Counted from the stretch's first letter, positions 18,859 through 27,542 are shown. The stretch is 64,000 nt of DNA from Thermoproteota archaeon (GCA_027491415.1 JAOZFH010000063.1:64414-128413); one strand, 5' to 3'. Made by a program: numbers and translations. Notes: generated by a model not told the origin, from the sequence alone.

Positions 18859-19347
18859 ATGGAGAGGATCTGGGCCGTCTGGAGGGCTGATTACGTCAAG
18901 ATCGCGGCCAAGGGAGAGTCCGGGTGCATATTCTGTGAGTTGCCAGCAAAGGAAGACGACAGGGAAGCCCTCATACTGGCTAGGGGGAAGCTGGGGTTCG
19001 TCCTGCTGAACCGCTTCCCGTACAACCCCGGCCACCTCATGGTCGCCCCCTACAGGCACGTCCCCTCCCTCGAGGACCTGACCCCGGAGGAGGCCCTAGA
19101 GATCTGGAAGCTCACCGTGAGGGCCATGAGGTCCCTGAGGGAGGCTTTCTCGCCCCACGGGTTCAACGTGGGCGTGAATGTCGGCAGGGTCGCTGGCGCG
19201 GGGTTCGAGGGGCACGTCCACATCCACGTGGTGCCCAGGTGGAACGGGGACACCAACTTCATGCCCGTCGTCGCGAACACGAAGGTCATCAGCGAGTCGC
19301 TGGAGAGGGTGTACGAGGAGCTGAAGGAGGCGATGGAGGAGACCTAA
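18859..19347 (+). CDS. HIT family hydrolase (Ap4A hydrolase/Fhit-like)
   Basis: WAVWR, CIFC, NRFPYNPGHLMV, HVHIHVVPRWNGD. Confidence 0.95.
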   Translation: MERIWAVWRADYVKIAAKGESGCIFCELPAKEDDREALILARGKLGFVLLNRFPYNPGHLMVAPYRHVPSLEDLTPEEALEIWKLTVRAMRSLREAFSPHGFNVGVNVGRVAGAGFEGHVHIHVVPRWNGDTNFMPVVANTKVISESLERVYEELKEAMEET

Positions 19348-19396
19348 GGCTAAACAGGGAGGATACTGGGTTTGGGGGCCTTTCGCCTGGTCGGCC

Positions 19397-19762
19397 TCAG
19401 TCCACGGGCGCAAGCTTCAACCCATACCTGACGAGCCTCTCGTAGTGCCCCCTGTTCCTGGTCATAAGGGGGAGGTCGTGGGAGATGGCTGAGGCGGCTA
19501 CTATTACGTCCCTCTCATCTAGGGGCTCTCCCCTCCTCCTCAAGTCCCTGTAGATCTTCGCGGCGAGCCTCAATACCTCGTTGGAGGGATAAACTACCTT
19601 GAACACCCTCTCGAGTATCTCCTTGACCTCCCCGTAGTCCTCCCTCCCCCTCAGGAACTCGTACAGGGAGATCCAAGATATGAAGAGGTGTGCCCTGGGG
19701 AGGTGTCTCCTCCCCTTCTCAACGTCAATTAGAACGTCGGCGTCGATCATCACCCGCCTCAT
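19397..19762 (-). CDS. vapC: VapC PIN-domain toxin
   Basis: MIDADVLID...E...D..IVAASA...LMTRN.HY. Confidence 0.9.
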   Translation of the reverse strand: MRRVMIDADVLIDVEKGRRHLPRAHLFISWISLYEFLRGREDYGEVKEILERVFKVVYPSNEVLRLAAKIYRDLRRRGEPLDERDVIVAASAISHDLPLMTRNRGHYERLVRYGLKLAPVD

Positions 19763-19967
19763 CGTCCATCAGCCTCAGCCGAACCCTCTCAAACGGGAGA
19801 TCCCTCCTGTCCGGGGTCTCCCTGAGGAAGGCCTCAGCCGCCTCTATCCTCCGCTCCAGGGCCTCCTCGACCAGCTCCGACAGGAACTCGTCCCAGGTCT
19901 TCTCGCCCTTCAGGGCCGCGAGCCTCCTCTTCAGATCCTCGCTGACGGTGATGGTTGTCCTGCTCAC
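19725..19967 (-). CDS. vapB: VapB-type (RHH-like) antitoxin
   Basis: TTITVSEDLKRRLAALKGEKTWDEFL; overlaps the vapC start. Confidence 0.8.
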   Translation of the reverse strand: MSRTTITVSEDLKRRLAALKGEKTWDEFLSELVEEALERRIEAAEAFLRETPDRRDLPFERVRLRLMDDEAGDDRRRRSN

Positions 19968-20332
19968 AAGAATTCGTGAATTCAACCATTTTAAGATTAA
20001 TCGTCGGACGATGGACCCCCCACACACCGAGGCCCAACTCTGAGCGGCCCCCGCGTCGACCCTCGCGGGCTGGCCGTCGGTTGGCTTGCTACGTGCTGAT
20101 TTGGATGCCAAGGGCCGTGGGTAAGGCGCGCGTTACCAACGCGCCGGCCACACGAGTCCCGGGAGGTAGGTTGTAGACCTCCAGGGGTTTTTCACAGAAG
20201 GACGATCAGGGAGGTGAGTAGCGCGTGTGGTGTAATGAACATCCCGCCCTCAGTCCACCATCAGGAAGGGCCTAACGTGGTACCTGTCGTGGAGGCCCCC
20301 TGTGGCGGCCGCTGCGGGGCCCGGCTGGGGGG

Positions 20333-20827
20333 TCAGTCCACAACGAGCGCGAGGTTGAACAGGCCGCCGGCAAGCGCGACCAGGGCCGTCAGGACGTAGC
20401 CCGCCTCCCTCCTTCCCTCTCCAAGGAGGCCGGATGCCACGGCGGCGCCGAGGCCCCAGGCCAGGGAGAGGAGGGCGGGCGGGAGGAGGAGCGGAGTGCC
20501 CAGGAGATCCCGCAGGGACTCCGCAAGGCCTTCGGCCAGGATCCAGCGGAGTTCTGGGCACAGGAAGGGGGACGTGAACGTGGAGAACACGCCGAGCGAT
20601 CCCAGGAGGAAGGCCGGGGCTGGCCTCCCCCGCAACCACTCCGAGGAGGCCGCCAACAGGGCCTCGAGCCAGATCAACGAGAGGATCGGCTGGAAGAGCC
20701 TCCCCAGCTCCACGAGGAAGAACGGGCAGTCCCGCCAGCCGCAGGCCAGGGCCCAAGCCAGGGGAGGGAGCAGGATCGTCAGGGCCCAGGCCGCGGGCAG
20801 GCGGCCCGATCTCCGCTCTTCGGGCAC
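20333..20827 (-). CDS. Hypothetical membrane protein
   Basis: About 5 hydrophobic segments; no recognisable family. Confidence 0.55.
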   Translation of the reverse strand: MPEERRSGRLPAAWALTILLPPLAWALACGWRDCPFFLVELGRLFQPILSLIWLEALLAASSEWLRGRPAPAFLLGSLGVFSTFTSPFLCPELRWILAEGLAESLRDLLGTPLLLPPALLSLAWGLGAAVASGLLGEGRREAGYVLTALVALAGGLFNLALVVD

Positions 20828-20879
20828 GTTGGCCAGCCCACCGGCATCCCAAAAAAAGGTCGAGGGGCGGGAGTCAGCC

Positions 20880-21310
20880 CTAGGGGTAGAGCCACTTCGG
20901 CGCCCAGCCGTCGTTGTAGTGCTCTGGGTCCCCGGGGCTCCCCTCGGCGTTGTGCAGGTAGACCTGCTCGGCGTAGTCCCAGCCCCAGAAGGCGTCGGAC
21001 GCCTCGTCCGTACCCGCCCTTATGGACCTTCCACAGCCTCACGTGGTACCTGTAGTATGTTGGGTGCTCCTTCCTTAGTGAGTAGGCATCAGGCCTCCAC
21101 CCGTAAATCGGGTCGTAGACGTAGTTCGGGTTGCCAGAAGCATAGTCCCACCCGTGGCCAATGAAGGTCGTGTGGACCGTGTAGGGGTACAGGTCTCCGC
21201 TGGACTTCTCCCACGGCAGGTTTATCGGGTCGGCCACGCAGTAGTGGAACCCAGTCTGGCTGGACCCGTAGCGGGCCCAGCTGTACCTGGGGTAGCTGTA
21301 GCGCGCGAGT
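20880..21310 (-). pseudogene. Frameshifted remnant of a Tyr/Trp-rich protein (DPINL...RYHVRLW...NDGWA; LssY C-terminal-like)
   Basis: Frame 1 gives ADPINL..GW..RYHVRLW; another frame continues DAFWGWDYAEQVYLHN...YNDGWAPKWLYP*; no clear N-terminus. Confidence 0.5.
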
Positions 21311-21590
21311 CTGCTCGGCCAAAAGAGGGAGATCTCCCCTTTGCACGTTACTAGAACGATCCCCACCCCTTTCAGCCGCCTCTCAACTACGTTTGGGTTC
21401 CCATCCACCTCTAGGAGTTATGCGCTGTTCCTCGCCTCTTACGCTCTTTCCGCTGAGTTTCAGTTCCACCCTCGGATGTCAAAGTGGCAGGAACGGCTCT
21501 CATAGGCGACAGCAGTACACCGGCACCGGGGCATCCTCACGATGCCCGACTCAAGCTTTAAGTAGTGGATGCTGGCACGAGTCGACTGGT

Positions 21591-21712
21591 GGGGCCGTGG
21601 TCTAGCTTGGCAGGATGAGGGCTTCGGGAGCCCTTGGCCAGGGTTCAAAATCCGAACCTCATATGTTCGGATTCCGAACGAGGTTCGGATGGAAGTCCCT
21701 GCGGCCCCACCA
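21591..21712 (+). tRNA. tRNA-Pro(CGG) with non-canonical intron at 59/60 (21650-21695, 46 nt)
   Basis: GGGGCCG...AGGGC-TTCGGGA-GCCCT-TGGC-CAGGG-TTCAAA[intron]T-CCCTG-CGGCCCC-ACCA; strict BHB; TATA TTTAAGTA at 21557-21564. Confidence 0.9.
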
Positions 21713-21803
21713 CCTCCATTCGAGCCCGAGAGGTTCCGCCTAGGGATCAGGCAGCCCCTTCCTGGCTCTCCTGGCCAACTTGTAGGCGTCCCACGCGGTC
21801 AAG

Positions 21804-22103
21804 ATGGGAGCCGCCCCGGTAGACAGGGCCAGGATGGTGGAGACATCGGAAAGAAGCCCCGAGATACCCCGCTCCCAAGTCATGGCCCTCAGGATCCTCG
21901 CCTCGGCCACAAATCGGTTTGAGGTTCCCGTCGCGCTCAAGTTCGGAGTGTGGTCAAGAGAAACCTCGCTGACTTACGAGGCGCTCCTTCCAGATCGCTT
22001 CAGAGACGAAGATGTAGCGAGAGCGATTGAGGCGATGGTCTGGGTATACGGCCGGCTGAGGGAGGTGGGGTTCCCGCTGTTTGGCGTGAAGGTCCAGTGG
22101 TAA
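21804..22103 (+). pseudogene. Probable gene fragment / small hypothetical protein downstream of tRNA-Pro
   Basis: Protein-like C-terminal half; no convincing promoter or RBS. Confidence 0.3.
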
Positions 22104-22168
22104 GAGCCCGTTATAGGAAGTCTAACCGTACTAAGCAGCCAGAATTCGCGTGTTGGAGTCCGTGAGGC

Positions 22169-22579
22169 CTACACCGAGCGCAGGTCTATCCAGCCAGACT
22201 CGCACCCGGAGTGGGCTCTGTCCGCGCTTAGAATGGGGATTCCCCCGGTCTCCGCAAGAGCCCTGTGCAGGCTGTCGAAGAAGCCCATCCCGTCTGACCT
22301 TAGCTTCCACGCCCTGACGTGTACCTCTGGCTTCGGCGATGCGACCGATACCCTTCCCATGCGGAGTTCTCTTGCCACGTCTCGCGAGAACTCCCCGGGA
22401 TCTTCGACTTCTATCCGCCCGGATAGGATGAGGAGATCAAGCTCTATGAGGCTGTAGGGAGAGAGAAACAACCTGAACCTCTTAAGAGCCCTGAGAGCGG
22501 CCTCGTGGAGCGGATCGGACCTGTTGATGAGTGCTAGGAGGAAGTCCGTCTCAACCAGAGCTGGAGAGGTCTTCTGCAA
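22169..22579 (-). CDS. vapC: VapC PIN-domain toxin
   Basis: LVETDFLLAL...E...FFDSLH..A...ILSAD. Confidence 0.85.
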   Translation of the reverse strand: MQKTSPALVETDFLLALINRSDPLHEAALRALKRFRLFLSPYSLIELDLLILSGRIEVEDPGEFSRDVARELRMGRVSVASPKPEVHVRAWKLRSDGMGFFDSLHRALAETGGIPILSADRAHSGCESGWIDLRSV

Positions 22580-22787
22580 GCTTCGTCAGCTCCCCCCTTA
22601 TCTTCGGAATGTCGACAGAGGTCACTTTGAATTTCGCCCTCTCGATGGGCCTCTCTGGAAGGGGCTCTATGACGATCTTTCCGCGAACCAGCCTCATCCT
22701 CACCAGCTCCTTCAGACCGGCCCTCTCCCTCATCTCCTTCGGTATTGTAACCCTGCCTCTCCTATCGACTCTTCCCACCGTTTCCAC
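22551..22787 (-). CDS. vapB: AbrB/MazE-family antitoxin
   Basis: RVDRRGRVTIPKEMRERAG...GKIVIEP; overlaps vapC. Confidence 0.85.
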   Translation of the reverse strand: METVGRVDRRGRVTIPKEMRERAGLKELVRMRLVRGKIVIEPLPERPIERAKFKVTSVDIPKIRGELTKLAEDLSSSG

Positions 22788-22877
22788 ACGCCCACCATAC
22801 TGTGAGGTGGGTCTGCAATAATAAAGTTGAGACACCACGGCTACCACCGTAATAGGCATCTTCGTTCCCGAACCGAG

Positions 22878-23414
22878 ATGCCCGCGAGAGATCTCAGGTC
22901 CAAGAGGGTGATCCTGCTCGCTCACTGCCTGCTCAACCAGAACTCCGTGGTCTTCGGTAAGGCCAGGAGGCCCGGGCCGGTCGGGGAGCTCGTGAAGCTC
23001 CTCGTCGACGCGGGAGTAGGCATGGTGCAGCTCCCCTGCCCCGAACTCACCCACTACGGGCTCAGGAGGTTCTGGGCTGTGAAGGAGCAGTTCGACAATC
23101 CGGGATTCAGGGCCCGCTGCCGGAGGATAGCCTCCGAGGTCGCCGAGGTGGTCGGGGAGTACCTCAGGAACGGCTACGAGGTGCTCGGCTTCGTCGGCGT
23201 GAACGGGAGCCCATCCTGCGGTGTCAGAGAGCACGGCAGCGGGGACTGGATGGGGGATCCTAGGGAAGCTGGAGGGTACTCGAGGGAGCCGGGGCCGGGC
23301 ATCTTCGTCGAGGAACTCATGAGGGTCTTGAATGTGAGGTTCGAGGAGTGGGACTGGAGGGACGTGGAGGGCTCGCTCGAGAGAATCGCGGGCTTGATGA
23401 GGTCGAGTCAATAG
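22878..23414 (+). CDS. DUF523 / TudS-related (thiouracil desulfurase-like) Fe-S protein
   Basis: AHCLLNQNS, QLPCPE, GSPSCG, GIFVEEL. Confidence 0.85.
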   Translation: MPARDLRSKRVILLAHCLLNQNSVVFGKARRPGPVGELVKLLVDAGVGMVQLPCPELTHYGLRRFWAVKEQFDNPGFRARCRRIASEVAEVVGEYLRNGYEVLGFVGVNGSPSCGVREHGSGDWMGDPREAGGYSREPGPGIFVEELMRVLNVRFEEWDWRDVEGSLERIAGLMRSSQ

Positions 23415-23445
23415 TTAAATTTCCCGGCGACATCGAGGCTGCGAG

Positions 23446-23522
23446 GGGGCCGTGGTCTAGCTTGGTAGGATGCCGGCCTTGGGAGCCGGTGGTCGTGGGT
23501 TCGAATCCCACCGGCCCCACCA
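23446..23522 (+). tRNA. tRNA-Pro(TGG), CCA encoded
   Basis: GGGGCCG...CCGGC-CTTGGGA-GCCGG...GGTTCGAATCC...CGGCCCCACCA. Confidence 0.96.
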
Positions 23523-23679
23523 TCTCTCGCCCGTGATTCAGTCGGCTGGATCCCCTGCTCCCGCGTTAGTTCACGCAGGCCTCCTGACCTGTACATTCCG
23601 CTATCCACAGGCCGACGCGGTCGAGATCAGATCGGAACCTGAAGGTGTGTTTTTATTCTTCTCAGGGTTTTTCCCTTTT

Positions 23680-24686
23680 ACAGCGGCGCCTGGCAAGATT
23701 CGGCTAGCCGCATTCTTCGCTGCAGCTGTCCTTCTGATCGCGCTAACCGCGGCCCTACCATCTAGGGGAACACCTCACGGATCACTGAGGTGCCTCACTC
23801 GCTTGAGACCTCTGAGAGGCGGACTCTCAACAGCTCGTCATCTAGCCGCCAGGGCCGCATCCCACGGGCCGATCTCGGACGAATGTAACTCACCTATGCG
23901 TCCTGTCGAGAAAGAGCAACGTCAGCGCGTGTAGGGCGTATGAGGTTGGAAATGCAACGGTGTACGTCCCAGAGGATATCGACCTCTTCTTCAAGTGGAG
24001 GGCCGCGGCCGTGGCGTCGGAGATGGGGGCCGAGGAGCTCAGCCAGAGGATGGACACATTGTTCGATCTTCTAGGGAGAGGGCCCGAAGGAGATGAGGGC
24101 TCTGATAATGAGCCGATTAACGAAACGCTCAGGCTCGTTCACGGCCCGATCAGGAACCTGTCCGTGGACAGGCTCAGGGAGGGGGCGCTGTTCGTCCTTT
24201 ATGAGCTGTCGCTTGGGAGGGAGTACGTACTAGCAGCCTGCGATCCCCCCGCGTGTCTCATTTCCGACGGACTGGAGATATCTCTACAATTTCGACGGGG
24301 CTGGGTGCCTGGTCTAGATAGGCTGCTACAGCTCTCCCACTCCTCGGAGGTACGCCTTCATTGGAGAGACCTGCACGACCACCTACACCACCGACATGGA
24401 CTACTACTGGCAAGAGGCAAATCGATACTGTGATTCAAGCCTACTAAGGTCCATCCAGGTCAAGTGGTTCCACAGGGCTTTAGCGCTGAGTCCTTACGGT
24501 TGGAGGCACGACATCATATGGGAGGGGAACAAGAACTCCAGTGCAGAGTGGTACACATGAAGTGAGCCATGTGAGACTACTACCCCCTCGTCTGGCTGGT
24601 ACTATCATCCGCCACAATTACTACTACGTGCTCTATTGCTGCTACCCCCCGAGGTACTACTGCAACACCCACTGTGGAGATTACTG
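23680..24686 (+). pseudogene. Decayed secreted protein gene with Cys/Tyr-rich C-terminus
   Basis: Signal-like KIRLAAFFAAAVLLIALTAA; ORF 23960-24433; then a shifted frame with in-frame stops ending YYYVLYCCYPPRYYCNTHCGDY*. Confidence 0.45.
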
Positions 24687-24978
24687 ATCCGCGTGCGACG
24701 AGGATGCGACGCAGCACTTTGTTGGGAGACCCTAGAGAGAATCTGGAGGGACGCGGTGGTCTCTTAAGTAAAGGGAGCCAGAGGGACCGAGCCGAGGGTT
24801 CATGTAACCTGCGGGTCGCTGATCCCTGACCCTCCTCAATAGGCCGACAAGCAGCTGATCCAACCTCTTTTCGGCTCTACCATTAGCGATCTGGGTAAGC
24901 ATCGATCTACTTGCTGCTCCCTCGCGCGCGGAGACGTCTCCAGAGTGCCGGTTCATAGAGACCGCCTGAGCCAATTCC

Positions 24979-25371
24979 CTACTTGTACCAAGTCGCCTTG
25001 ACGCCTAACACCCGGAAGTGGGGGTCGTCGCTGACCACTATCCCTCTCGTGGACTTGGCCACGGCCGCCACGAGGGCGTCGGCCAAGGGGACCCCCCTGG
25101 CCAGTGTCATCCTCCCCGCCTCGAGGGCCACGCGCTCGTCTATCGGCTCCACCTTGGCTCCGCTCGAGATCCAGACCTTTAGCTTCACCTCAGCCGCCTC
25201 GGAGCCGAGCCTCCTCCCCGCGACCTTGATGAACTCGGCGACGACGACGGCCGGTATGACGAAGCCCTCTCCCGCCCTTCTGACGACGAACTCCCTAAGC
25301 TTCTCTCTATCCCGCTCTGTGGGCGGGAAGGTGTAGGCTATGAGGAAGCGGGTGTCGAGTATCAGCGCCAA
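24979..25371 (-). CDS. vapC: VapC PIN-domain toxin
   Basis: LILDTRFL...AEF...LADALVAA...VVSDDPHF. Confidence 0.9.
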   Translation of the reverse strand: MALILDTRFLIAYTFPPTERDREKLREFVVRRAGEGFVIPAVVVAEFIKVAGRRLGSEAAEVKLKVWISSGAKVEPIDERVALEAGRMTLARGVPLADALVAAVAKSTRGIVVSDDPHFRVLGVKATWYK

Positions 25372-25586
25372 CGCGCCCTCTCCTCCTCGAGGTCGGACAG
25401 GATCTTGAGGTACTCCTCCTCACCCACCGCCTCTCCCGGCTCCGGGAGCCCAGGCTTCCACAGCACTATCCTGTCTCCCTCGATCTCCGTGTATATCAGA
25501 TCACCTTCCCCTATTCCCAACATTTCCCTGAACTTCTTTGGGATGGTCACCTGGCCCTTCCTAGTCACCTTCAGCGAAACTGGCAT
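25362..25586 (-). CDS. vapB: AbrB/MazE-family antitoxin
   Basis: KVTRKGQVTIPKKFREMLGIGEGD. Confidence 0.92.
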   Translation of the reverse strand: MPVSLKVTRKGQVTIPKKFREMLGIGEGDLIYTEIEGDRIVLWKPGLPEPGEAVGEEEYLKILSDLEEERARWR

Positions 25587-25827
25587 CGGTTGTACTTTAT
25601 AGTACTACTTAAAAAAGGTTTGCGAAAAAGTAGGACCAAAGGGCGGGAGGCGGGGATCCCGCGAATGCCGCGCTCCTCCTGCGCGGAGTTAGGCCTATGC
25701 GAGTCTCACCTCGCGAGAGTCCTCGCTTAAGGCCGTTCCAGACGCGGTTAGAGGGGAAATCACGGAGAGGCGCTCGCGGATCGGCGGTACGCAACACCGT
25801 TTTATGGGAGGGGGGCTTGGGAGGAGA

Positions 25828-26487
25828 GTGCCCCTCAGCCTAGGCTTCAGGGACCGCATGTGGAGGTCAAGCTTCGAACTCGTCAGGGAGCACGCCGCCC
25901 TAGTCGAGGAGACCGTCTCGGAGCTGGTCAGGGCGCTGAGGGCGAAGGCCGAGGGGAGGGATGCCGAGGCCCTCAGGGTGATAGGGGAGGTCAGGGCGTC
26001 CGAGGAGGCCGCGGACTCGAAGCGAAGGGAGGTCGTTGCCTCTCTGGGAAAGGGGGTGCTTCCACCCCTCAGCAGGCAGGACGTCATCCACCTGGTCAGG
26101 AGGCTGGACCGCATAGCCGACAGCGCGATGGACGCCGCGAGGTACCTGACTCACGTGAGGTTTCACGGCGAGCTAAGCGTGCTCGCCGAGGATCTCGTGA
26201 AGATGGCCGAGGCCGACCTGGAGACCGTCAAGTCCCTGAGGAGGGCGATAGACTCCATAGGGTCCGACTACGAGTCGTGCTCAAGACGCTGCGACGAGGT
26301 GGAGGAGGGGGAGAGGCTGTGCGACTCCCTACACATGAGGGCCCTGCGTACCTTCTCCGGCATGAACCCCCCGTCCGGGCTGGCGTCGGTGGTGGCCGAA
26401 CTCATAGAGGAGCTGGAAAGCATAGCAGACTTCTGTGAGGACGCCTCAGACGTTCTCAGGGCCATCGTGGTCAGGATGCAGGGGTGA
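25828..26487 (+). CDS. DUF47 / PhoU-like phosphate transport regulator
   Basis: Two repeats E..AD..RR / D.IAD and E..CD / E.IADFCED; adjacent to PiT. Confidence 0.9.
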   Translation: MPLSLGFRDRMWRSSFELVREHAALVEETVSELVRALRAKAEGRDAEALRVIGEVRASEEAADSKRREVVASLGKGVLPPLSRQDVIHLVRRLDRIADSAMDAARYLTHVRFHGELSVLAEDLVKMAEADLETVKSLRRAIDSIGSDYESCSRRCDEVEEGERLCDSLHMRALRTFSGMNPPSGLASVVAELIEELESIADFCEDASDVLRAIVVRMQG

Positions 26488-26502
26488 TAGGCGGGGAGGA
26501 CC

Positions 26503-27462
26503 TCAGGCGAGGTATAGGTAGGCACGCGTTAGGGCGAAGGCGAGCGCGCCGGCCGCGGGGAACGTCACGGTCCAGGCGAACGCGACCGAGGCGAGTTCGG
26601 ACACGTTCACTGGGGATCCCCTTGCGGCGGCTATTCCCACCAGGGAGGAGACCAGGATGTGCGTTCCGGAGAGAGGGAAGCCCAGCAGAGTTCCCACGAA
26701 CATCACGGAGGCCGTCGAGAGCTGGGCGACCATAGCCGATGTCGGGGTCAGGTCCACGAGCTTCCCCCCGACCGACTCCAAGACCCTCCTTCCCAGGGTC
26801 GCCAGGCCCAGGGCCATGCCGACCCCCCCGAGCACCGTGACCATCGTCGAACCGCCTAAGGCGGCCTTGAGGAAAGCGGTCGCGTTTGCGACGTCGTTCC
26901 CACCCCGGGAGAGGGCGGTCAGGGAGGAGGCGAGCAGGAGAACGTAGGAGGAGTAGTACTCGACCCTGCACCTGGAGTACAGCCCCCTCGCCCTGCTCAG
27001 CACGAATCGGCGAAAGGCCGAGTACGCTAGCCACGATCCTGCGGCCCCGAGGGCGGGTGAGACGACCCACCCCAGGGCCACCTCGCCCAGCACGCCGTAG
27101 TTCACCCCTCTCCCCACGGCCAGGCCCAGCCCCACGGCCGCGCCGACCGCCGCGTGGGTGGTCGAGACCGGCCAGCCCCAAGATGAGGCCGCCACCAGCC
27201 AAGTCGCAACGGCCAGCGAGATTATCGCCGCCTCCGCCAGCCCTATGTCGGGTACCAGATCCTGACCGAGCGTCTCCTCGACGTTGGAGCTGAGCAGGGT
27301 CGCGCCCACGAAGTCTAGGGCGGCGCCGAGCAGGGCGGCCTGGCCCACCCTCAGGATCCTGCTCCCGCCGACCGCGGCCATGGTCTCGTCGTTCGCCCCG
27401 ATGGACCAGGCTATGTAGGTCGTGAGAGCGCCGGACAGCAGCAGGAACGCCAGGGCAGGCAT
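26503..27462 (-). CDS. pit: PiT-family inorganic phosphate transporter
   Basis: GAND, PVSTTH, GGNDVANA, PLSGTH signatures. Confidence 0.92.
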   Translation of the reverse strand: MPALAFLLLSGALTTYIAWSIGANDETMAAVGGSRILRVGQAALLGAALDFVGATLLSSNVEETLGQDLVPDIGLAEAAIISLAVATWLVAASSWGWPVSTTHAAVGAAVGLGLAVGRGVNYGVLGEVALGWVVSPALGAAGSWLAYSAFRRFVLSRARGLYSRCRVEYYSSYVLLLASSLTALSRGGNDVANATAFLKAALGGSTMVTVLGGVGMALGLATLGRRVLESVGGKLVDLTPTSAMVAQLSTASVMFVGTLLGFPLSGTHILVSSLVGIAAARGSPVNVSELASVAFAWTVTFPAAGALAFALTRAYLYLA

Positions 27463-27479
27463 GAGAGGTCACCCGGGGT

Positions 27480-27542
27480 GGCTCAGCCCGAGGGGTGGGC
27501 CGTCATCCCTGAGTCCGTTGTCCCCTCCCGGCATCATCGCCC
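27480..27542 (-). ncRNA. Candidate C/D box sRNA
   Basis: G-GCGATGA(C)-16 nt-CGGA(D')-CTCA-GGGATGA(C')-16 nt-CTGA(D)-GCC; complementary GGC/GCC ends; TATA-like CTTTAGTA about 25 nt upstream. Confidence 0.5.

Noticed and set aside
20014-20334. 9-bp long-range stem (GACCCCCCA/TGGGGGGTC) enclosing ~320 nt, SRP-sized
   Set aside because: No SRP or RNase P motifs; G/C runs pair easily by chance, and part of the region looks like a coding remnant.
21591-21650. Apparent truncated tRNA-Pro copy or att site of an integrated element
   Set aside because: The missing 3' part is present at 21696-21712 after a BHB intron, and the anticodon differs from the tRNA-Pro at 23446. It is a complete gene, not an att scar.
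24290-24570. In-frame TAG/TGA as pyrrolysine or selenocysteine recoding
   Set aside because: Accompanied by frameshifts, and no SECIS or pyl context; simple decay is more parsimonious.
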